NCBI GenBank assembly: GCA_963754925.1
Contig: CAVWHX010000009.1
Location: 64,001 to 128,000 of the forward strand
DNA from: an uncultured delta proteobacterium
GTDB taxonomy: Bacteria; Myxococcota; B64-G9
Direction of reading: 5' to 3'
DNA length: 64,000 nt
Shown: piece after piece, positions 55,461-64,000 of the stretch
How positions within the stretch are numbered: position 1 is the first letter of the stretch
How the letters are laid out: every line of letters starts with the position of its first letter
Notes under the pieces: generated by a model
Database searches by the model: none
Told to the model about the DNA's origin: nothing
What the model saw: the letters and a program-made list of their open reading frames with translations, nothing else
Program-made: the position numbers and the translations under genes

Positions 55461-55946
55461 TCACGGCTTCTTGAGACTCCCTGTCTCTGATTTCGTGGCT
55501 TGTTCCTTCGAGCAACGATCGCAAACACCGCGCACCTCGATGCGCGCGCCGAGGATACTGCCGAATTCCTTCACCAACACCGGGATGCTAAGTGCGTTGA
55601 GCTCCGCGCTCTCGAAATCGCGCGTGAGGCCACAGCGCACGCATACGTAGTGATGGTGGTGCACGAGGTTGGCGTCGAAGCGCACGCTCTCGCGTCTCGG
55701 CCCCAGCGTCGAGACGAGGCCGAGGTCGTTTAGCAGCCAGAGCGTTCGGTAGACGGTGTCGAGCGAGACCGTGGGCATCCGTGGCTGAACCGCCTTGAGT
55801 ACGGCCTCCGCGCTTGGGTGATCCAGGCTCGCGGCGACTTCGCGAAAGATCTCGAGCCGTTGGTGGGTGAGCTTGACGCCTGCCTGCCTGGCGGCCTCCC
55901 TGAAGTGCTCGACCCGGCGCTCGACCTCGCTCATTTCTACCTTCAT
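55461..55946 (-). CDS. Fur-family repressor (PerR/FurA-like)
   Basis: HPSAE, TVYRTL, HHHYVCVRC, CDRC; directly upstream of katG. Confidence 0.93.
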   Translation of the reverse strand: MKVEMSEVERRVEHFREAARQAGVKLTHQRLEIFREVAASLDHPSAEAVLKAVQPRMPTVSLDTVYRTLWLLNDLGLVSTLGPRRESVRFDANLVHHHHYVCVRCGLTRDFESAELNALSIPVLVKEFGSILGARIEVRGVCDRCSKEQATKSETGSLKKP

Positions 55947-55980
55947 ATCCGCTCCTATCTGCTAGCATTACGCAGGTTGG

Positions 55981-56009
55981 AATCTACTGACATTTAGATC
56001 GGATGTCAA
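55981..56009 (-). promoter_or_regulatory. Sigma70 promoter of fur-katG with an overlapping palindrome
   Basis: TTGACA-17 bp-TAGATT; TGACAT/ATGTCA inverted repeat. Confidence 0.7.
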
Positions 56010-56059
56010 TACCATAACGTCGAGGCGTTTCAACCAGCTGAAATCGAATGGGAAAATGT

Positions 56060-56085
56060 AAAACGCCCACCTTGGTTGGTGGGCG
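56060..56085 (-). terminator. Intrinsic terminator after the tRNA
   Basis: CGCCCACC/GGTGGGCG stem plus TTTT. Confidence 0.7.
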
Positions 56086-56093
56086 GGATAATT

Positions 56094-56169
56094 TGGCTCC
56101 CGAGGAGGGACTCGAACCCCCGGCCCAGTGGTTAACAGCCACTTGCTCTACCGGCTGAGCTACTCGGGA
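56094..56169 (-). tRNA. tRNA-Asn(GTT)
   Basis: 76 nt; acceptor TCCCGAG/CTCGGGA, anticodon loop CTGTTAA, GTTCGA T-loop, encoded CCA. Confidence 0.97.
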
Positions 56170-56327
56170 ATAAACTCAAAAGCAAAGGAGGGCGTGATTA
56201 ATCACGTCCCTTACCTCATATGCTCGTAAAAGAACCAAAAGCGACCAAACCAATTACACTTATTCCCCCCGGGTGTCAAGGAAAGACGCCGGCGCCCCCC
56301 ACCCGGCCCCTAAAGGAATAAGTGGCT

Positions 56328-56483
56328 GGAACGCTCGCTTCGCTGAGGAACTCAATCTTATCCCCTTCGGGGATGTAGAAATTCTTACTGAGCAAAGCGA
56401 AGTTAGTATTTCTTATCCCCTTCGGGGATAAGAGCCCGTAAAGCTCGCGTCCCCTGTCGGGAACGCTCGCTAACGGGCTCTTA
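56328..56483. repeat. Composite REP-like hairpin array
   Basis: TCTTATCCCCTTCGGGGAT twice, GGAACGCTCGCT twice, TAAGAGCCCGT/ACGGGCTCTTA. Confidence 0.8.
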
Positions 56484-57613
56484 CTGCGCGGCCTTGCGGT
56501 TGATTTTGAAAGCGTAGAGCTTTTGATCGCCTGAGGTGACGTACAACCGGTCGCCGTCCAGAATCGGATCGCTCTCGATCTTATAGTTAGTCCTGAAAGA
56601 CCACACCTGCTGGCAATCGGCTCGATTGATGGCGTAGATCGACCCGTCGCCCTGGCCCGCCCCGAAAATCGCCACATCCTGGTAAAAAACCGGGTAGGAG
56701 ATCACCGGTCCTTTGGCCGTGAAGTGGCACTTTTCTTTTCCGTTAGCGGAATCGAGCGCATAGAGGTTGCCATCGTTGGACCCGATAAAAAGCGTCCCAT
56801 CTATGATGCGGGGAGAGCTGAGCACATTGCCGCCGGTTTTAAACTTCCATTTGACCGTGGCGCCCGTGGCCGCATCAATGGCATAAACCTGATCGTCCTT
56901 CGAACCAAAATAAACCGTGCCTTTTTCGACCCAGGCGGTCGAGGTAATCCCCTCACCGGCTTTAAAAATCCACTTCAGCGAGCCATCCACGACATTGAGG
57001 GCATACATATTGCCGTCGAGGTTGCCGATGTACAGCACGCCTTCGCTGATTACCGGTGCGGCATACGAAAACGAACCGGGCGAAAGCGCCGAGGCGGATG
57101 GCTCATCAGACTTGGCCTCGCCGGTCTTCGCGGCATCGGGGGGAACTGCCATAGCTTCTTCCCGTTATCAGCGGCCAGAGCATAGACGTGGCCGTCGTAG
57201 CTGGTCAGGTAGACGACGCCGTTTTCAACCACCGGATCCGACTTGATCCGGTCGCGGGTGATGTACTTCCATCTGAGCTGCCCGTTGAAATCGAGCGCAT
57301 AGAAGGTCTGATTCGTCGCCCCAAAAAAGATCAGCTTCCCGTCCGTCTGCGGATGCGCAAAGATCCCCGAGCTGGCCGTCTGGAACTGCCAACGAGTGCG
57401 GCCGTTGCGATCGACGGCGTTCATCACGCCTGATTCAGACCCGAAAACAATCAAGTCCTCGACGACGAGCGGCGTGGAGTAGATCGGCGAGCTCGTCCCA
57501 AACTCCCACAATTTTTCAAAATCCGAAGTGCACCCCGCGGCCATGCCCACACCAACAACCAGTAGAAACACCTCTGCAACTTTTAGTAACCTGGAAGACT
57601 GAGTCATTATCAC
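56481..57613 (-). CDS. PQQ-repeat beta-propeller lipoprotein, frameshifted near 57140
   Basis: Lipobox-like MAAGC; repeated S.P..GS.D..YALD...G..KW. Confidence 0.88.
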
Positions 57614-57760
57614 TCCCCCTTGAATTCGGGTACAAATAGTTGCAGCCTTTTCAATACCATCGCCCGGTGGAAGTTGTCAATGATAGTTGAGGAATGAATG
57701 CACGACTGGATCGCTTGCTACAATTTCTTAGATGAGGTTGGATGAGCGAGAGGTGCCCCT

Positions 57761-60266
57761 ATGCCCGTTGTAGTCGATCTCAACAAACGCACGATAACCG
57801 GCGCCATTCGCGATTTGACCGAATCGATCCGCGAGGGCGCACGCGGCCTTGGATTGCTCGGCCGCGTTCGGTCGGAGTTGGGCACGCGCATTCACCAGAA
57901 TTACCGCCGGACGCGCGCTCAACACGAAGGATTCTCGAGTGAAGTGGCCGTGGCGCTGCACACCGAGTTCGACGGGTTTCAGGTCGCCCTGCGGGGCCGC
58001 ATTGACGGTTGTATCCGCGGCCCCGACGAGGTCGTGCTTGAAGAAGTAAAGTCGGTGTCGTTGGGCATGCCCGATTTGGTCCGCATGAACGCCGAAAGCT
58101 TTCCGGAATACAGTCTGCAGCTACGACTCTATGCGCTGGCCTACGCTCCCGAACATCCGCAGCAAACGATCCGAACGCGCCTGATCCTCTTCTCGCTCAT
58201 CGATAACGGAAGCCGCGAGATCCTGGTCCCCGTTAATCCAGCCGATACCCGCGCGCAATTGGTGGACCTGCTTCGGCAACGGATTAGCGAAGCGGAGAAA
58301 CAGCGTGAGCGAGCTGCGCGGTTTGCCGACCTCGCCGCAAAACTGAGGTTTCCCTATCCCGCCCTGCGCCCCCATCAGGCGGAATTGATGAACGTCATGG
58401 AGGCGGGCCTCAGCGCGAGCCGCCCGGTGCTGGCCATGGCGCCGACCGGGATCGGTAAGACGGTGAGCGCGTTGTTGACGGGGTTGCGGTATGTTCTCCA
58501 AAAGAATACGCAGCTCGTGTACGTAACCGCCAAGACCACCCAACAGCCCCTGGTGGAGCGCACGTTTGAAGACATCTGCGTAAACGCCGAAATACCGTCC
58601 GGAGCGTTGCGCTGCCTCACCCTGCGTAACAAGGAAAGCATGTGCCCCTCCGGTTCGTTGCTGTGCCACGCGGAGGTGTGCGAGTTTCTCGAAGATTTTC
58701 CGGCGCGCGTCGAGCGATCGCGGGCGATTGAGAAACTGTTGCAGCTTGGCGCGCGGATCGATCCGGATGCCGTCCGGGCGCTCGGCGAAGCGCATCGGTT
58801 GTGCCCCTTTGCCCTGTCGCTGATGCTTATCCCCGAGGTGCAACTCGTTATCTGCGATTACAATTATATGTATGATCCGAGCGTAGCGCTCGCTCAATTC
58901 TCCGATGCAACGACCCTTAAGCCGGCGGTGATCATCGACGAGGCCCATAACCTGTTCGACCGCGCCCGCGGCTACTACTCGCCGTTTCTGGCAAGCCGCG
59001 CACTCGATGAGCTTGATCAACGACTCGTAAGCGGCGAGTTTTTGGGGTGTTCTGACCGTACGGATCAGCTTTCGTTCCGCCCGCTACTTGGCAGCATCAA
59101 CGGCCCGGTTTTGTTCGAACGGCTGCGCGGGTTTGTAGCCCAGCTCAAAGATAGCGTCGCAAAAACCCTGACCGCGGCCGCGACCCTCGAAGGCGGCCTC
59201 GACCACTGCCGGCCGGTCGAGCCCGAGCGCGATCGCTGGCACGACCACGCCGAGCGCGCCGCCGAGTTGCTCCTTGCCTACGCCCTCTACAACCGGACCC
59301 ATGCGCTCGCGTACGCTCAGGATCCGATACTGGATCTCCTTTCCCTGGTGATTCACCTGCGCGACGTGGTATCCGCTGCGGGCAAAGAAATTGTTCCCTA
59401 CGCGGCGTTTGCCGAAGCGCCGCAAAGCGAGGGTTTCCGGCTGCCTGTGCATCAACCCGGCCAAGCGGCTGCTCGAGCGACACCGACAGATGGCCGGCAC
59501 CATCGCCATCAGCGCCACCCTGACACCGTTATCGTATTACGAGGATGTGCTGGGCTTCGCCGCGCTGAATCCGGTCATGGCGTCATTCGCCTCGCCGTTT
59601 CCCCGCGAGAACCTCGGCGTCTGGGTGGTGCCGTCGGTCTCTACCGCCTTTCGCGCACGCGGCCGTCACCGCGAAGCTATCGCGCGAATCATCGAACAAA
59701 CGTACGAAGCCAAACACGGGCGGTACGTCGCCTTTTTTCCGAGTTATCAGTTCTTAACCGAAGTGCATCCGATCTTGAAGATTCCGGCGGAACACGTGCT
59801 GGTGCAGCAACAAGGCCTTACCGGACCGGAGCGAAAGCGGTTGCTTACCGCCTTCCGCGAGAGCTCGGGCCCCGTATTGCTGCTGGCGGTGATGGGCGGG
59901 GTGTACGCCGAAGGGATCGATCTGCCGGGCGCAGAACTCATTGGGGCGGTCGTCATCGGCCCGGGTTTTCCTCAGGTGGGTTTCGAGCGGGCGGTCATGC
60001 GGGATTACTTCGAACGCGAGTACGAGCGCGGTTTTGCGTATGCGATGGTGTACCCGGGAATGCAACGGGTAATCCAATCGGCCGGCCGGGTGATCCGCAC
60101 TCCGGATGACGCCGGGGTGATCGTCTTGGCCGACCGCCGCTTTGCCGATGCGGAGCTTGCCGCCTGCCTTCCGGCGCACTGGTATCGCTACGATCCCAGC
60201 GAGTTGGTCACGGATGATTTACCAAAGGCTTTGGCCGCCTTTTGGGAATCCGTTATTTCCCCATGA
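57761..60266 (+). CDS. XPD/DinG-family Fe-S helicase with an N-terminal PD-(D/E)XK domain, frameshifted near 59438
   Basis: GRIDG..EEVKS; APTGIGKT, Cys cluster, IIDEAHN, SATL, FFPSY, EGID, QSAGRVIR. Confidence 0.9.
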
Positions 60267-62395
60267 GCACGACGCTGCTGCGAGGACTGGTATGATAGAA
60301 TTCAGCCGGATCAATCAACACCTCTTTGCCAAAATCACAAAAGTCCTCTCCCGGCGCGAGGCTGGTGTCAACCACGCGATGCCACCTTAATCCTTTCGGC
60401 AATGGCGGAAGCTTCACATGACTATGCTGGTAGTCGGCGTTGAGAATAAAAAACAGTCGATAATCGCCGATTTCTGACGGTTCGTCCCGGCCGTCGAGAA
60501 AACAACACAGTGTCCTGGCATTGGGATCGTCCCAGCGGGGCTTCTTCCCATCCGGACCAAACCAAGCAAGATGCGGAGCGTCGCTTGCGTCCTCTCCCGG
60601 GACCCAACTAAATTTGCGCCGATAGAGGATGGTGCAGTGCTTATTAAACTCAATCGCCTTGCGAAAGAACGTATAGATATCGCGATTGCGATCGACCAAG
60701 CTCCAATCAAACCAGGAAATCTCATTGTCCTGGCAATAGGCGTTGTTGTTGCCCTTCTGGGTGCGCAAGAACTCATCCCCGCCCAGGATCATCGGCGTGC
60801 CGAGCGAGAACAACAGGTGGCAGATATAATTTTTTACTAATTTGCGGCGCAACGAGTTGATCTCGGGATCGTCGGTTTTTCCCTCGGCTCCGCAGTTCCA
60901 GGAATTATTGTCATCGCTTCCGTCGCGGTTGTTCTCTTGGTTGGCCTCGTTGTGTTTCTCGTTGTATGAAACCAGGTCGTAGAGGGTAAAGCCGTCATGG
61001 CAGGTGATGAAGTTGATGCTGTTGAAGGCCGAGCGCCCGTCATCGCCGTACAGATCGGCCGAGCCGGTAATCCGCCAGGCGAGCTCGCGCAATTGACCGC
61101 TGTCGCCCTTGCCGAACCGACGGCAAACATCCCGAAAGCGCCCATTCCACTCGGACCAGTCGATCGGAAAGTTGCCGACCTGGTAGGTGGCCAGGTCCCA
61201 GGGCTCGGCGATGAGCTTGATGCGGTTGAGGGCCGGGTCCTGTGAAACGGCGTCAAAAAACGACGCCGAACGATGGAATGACTCTTCGCGCCGCCCGAGC
61301 ACCGAGGCCAGATCAAAACGGAAATCCGTCGACATGCATGACGTCGACCCAGTAGCGCAGCGAGTCCATCACCAGTCGAATGGCCTGCGGATCGTCGCTG
61401 TTCAGACTATTGCCGCAGCCGGTATAGTTCATGCATAACGGCGTCCGGCTCTTCCGTTGTCTCCGATGAGGACGTAGTAGGTCGGGTTGTCGATCCCCCT
61501 GAAAGCAGACCGTCGGCCCCAGCTCGTTGCCCTCGCCGGTATGGTTGTACACCACGTCGAGAATCACCTCAATGCCGGCCTTATGAAGCTCGCGCACCAA
61601 GGTCTTGAACTCGCGCACCTGGCATCCCGGCGCTCGTTGACTGCTATAGGACCATTCGGGGGAGAAGAATCCGATGCTGTTGTATCCCCAGTAATTGGTC
61701 AGCCCGCGCTCGATGATAAAATCCTCGACATAAAATTCGTGCAGCGGCAGAAGCTCCACCGCGTTAATCCCCAGCTCCTTGAGGTGAGGAATCTTCTCGA
61801 TGAATCCGAGGTACGTGCCCGGGTAGCGAACCTTCGACGAGGGATGGGCGGTAAACCCCTTGACGTGAACCTCGTAAATAACAACTTTCTCAAGCGGGAG
61901 GTCGGGCGGCGTATCGCCCTGCCAGTCAAAGGCGTCGTCGATCACCAGGCATTTGGGAACGATCGCGGTGTTGTCGCGCGGCATCCATGGTCAGGTCGGG
62001 TTGCGGCGCCCACGCATCGTAGCCCAGCAGCAGATTGTTCGGTGTTGTCGAAATTTTCCGGTCAGCGCCTTGGCGTAGGGGTCGACGAGCAGCTTGTTCT
62101 CGTTGAAGCGCAAGCCCGCGAGCGGATGGTAATCGCCCCGGACTTTATATGCATACAGCTGTCCGGCCGTGCACCCATGAACGAAAACGTGCCAAATGCG
62201 CCTGCTGTAATTTTCTAACTTGATAATGTCGGTGGGCGGTCGATCGGCCCGGTCAAAAAGCAGCAAAAAAACTTCGCGCGCACGTTGAGAGTGCAGCGCA
62301 AAATTAACCCCGTCGGGCGTCAGCGTGGCGCCTTGCGGGTGAAAGCTCCCCGGCGACAGTTTTCGTTTGGTTTTGTGCTCGAGACGGTACTTCAT
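60253..62395 (-). CDS. glgX: Glycogen debranching enzyme, several frameshifts
   Basis: YEVHVKGFT, NYWGY, DVVYNHT, FRFDLA, AEPWD, CHDGFTL, GNNNAYCQDN spread over three ORFs. Confidence 0.94.
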
Positions 62396-62426
62396 GACTC
62401 AACTATCCCATCGGCCCCTGAACAGA

Positions 62427-63927
62427 TTACCGTTTTTCCTCGCGTTGGCGAGCCAGTACACTATGATACCGCCCATAAGAAAAGTAAATCCCAAAACCAA
62501 GCAACAGCCAAACCGCCAAACGCAGCCAGTTCTCAGGTGGTAAGGAAAACATCAGCACCAGGCAAAAAATAATCCCGAGAATCGGCACCAGCGGCACAAA
62601 GGGAGCCCGAAACGGTCGTTTGGCGTCAGGATTGGTCTTGCGCATGATCAATACCGCCGCGCAGACTATTACAAACGCGAGCAAGGTGCCGATATTTACG
62701 AGTTCCGCCAGGAACCGGATGGGCAAGAACGCCGCCATGGTTCCAACGAATATTCCGGTGACGATGGATGATTTCCAGGGGGTGCGAAAACGCGGGTGCA
62801 CCGCGCCGAAGAAGCTTTTCGGTAACAATCCGTCGCGTGCTATCGCGAGCAACACCCGCGGCTGGCTGAGCATCAATACCAGCATCACCGACGTGATCCC
62901 GGCCACCGCGCCGAGCGAGACTAAAAACTGCGCCCAGGTCAATCCTACCTGGCGGAACGCATCCGGAAACCGGCGCATTGATGTTGATCTTATTATAAGG
63001 AACCATCCCGGTGAGAACCGCCGCCACGGCGATGTACAGCACCGTGCAAATCAAAAGCGATGCGATCAATCCAATCGGCACGTCGCGCTGGGGCTGGCGG
63101 GCTTCCTCGGCGTGGGTCGAGATCGAATCAAAACCGATGTAGGCGAAGAAAATCATGCCGGCCCCGGCCAGCATGCCGAGCGGCTCGCCTCCAGCGCCCT
63201 CCTGGCCGACAATGGTTTTACCGAAGAAGCTTACCCCGCTCATGCCATAGGGAGCGAACGGGTGCCAGTTGTCCGGGTTAATATAAAAGGCCCCTACCCC
63301 GATCACCATCAGGATTATCACGAGCTTGGTAATCACCATGGCCGTGTTGAAGGTGGCGCTCTCTTTAATGCCCTTGACCAAGATGATGGTTATGATGATG
63401 ACAATGACCAGGGCCGGCAGATCAAACAGCGCATCGGTGGTCTTAAAAACTCCGGCCGCGACATCATAGTCAAACGGCGCTTGCGCAAGGGCTGCCGGCA
63501 CTTGGTAGCCAAAGATGCCGATAAAGTCCTGGAAGTATTTCGACCAACCGTTGGCAACCGTGGCCGAGCTGACTGAATACTCCAGCACCAGATCCCAGCC
63601 GATGATCCAGGCGAACAACTCCCCCAGGGTAGCGTACGCGTACGTGTACACCGAGCCGGCCACCGGCACCATCGAAGCAAACTCGGCATAGCACACGGCG
63701 GCGAAAATGCATGCCACCCCCGCAACGGTAAACGACAACATCAAGGCCGGCCCGGTTTTATCGTGAGCGGTCAACCCAACTAGAACGAAGATCCCGGTGC
63801 CGATGATGGCGCCTACGCCCAGGCTGGTGAGCGTCACCGGACCGAGGACCCGACGCAGGCGGTTTTCGCCCTTCATTTCCTCCAACAACAGCGAAAGCGG
63901 CTTGGTCTTGAAGAGATTGCTTGCCAT
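62427..63927 (-). CDS. APC-family amino acid permease, frameshifted near 62965
   Basis: GAIIGTGIF, CYAEFAS, FAYIGFD, ARDGLLP, NIGTL. Confidence 0.93.
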
Positions 63928-64000
63928 GTATGAGCCTCGTCCCTGATATCCGATGCTCGGATTCGTTCATCAACATCGCTTGTCTCCCAAACCGGGCAAC

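Noticed and set aside
56094..56169. tRNA-Asn as the integration site of the island
   Set aside because: No duplicated tRNA 3' end and no integrase found in the window.

Overview
Bacterial DNA that reads as a gene-by-gene mosaic; base composition changes abruptly between neighbouring genes. (1) 1-12016: phosphate regulon (phoU fragment, pstBACS, two metallophosphoesterases, phoR, phoB) with three visible 11-bp-period Pho-box arrays. (2) 12-26 kb: metabolic and regulatory singletons, including an apparent fusion of a glycyl-radical activating enzyme to a glycyl radical enzyme. (3) 26.8-38.6 kb: an integron relic with no integrase in the window: two near-identical attI-like sites, three attC-bounded cassettes with defence-like genes, and a four-gene module (DUF6932-like, HTH-ImmA, beta-family, sce7726-like) interrupted by an IS3. 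(4) 38.6-56 kb: more singletons, an oxidoreductase cluster, fur/perR-katG followed by a probable katA remnant, and tRNA-Asn. (5) 56.5-64 kb: PQQ-repeat lipoprotein, nuclease-XPD/DinG helicase, glgX and an amino-acid permease. The most striking non-coding element is a 267-bp MITE-like element present twice (22411, 41228), with 8-bp target duplications and a conserved, covarying folded cargo. About ten genes carry small frameshifts, probably sequencing indels. All calls come from reading motifs by eye; no searches were run.
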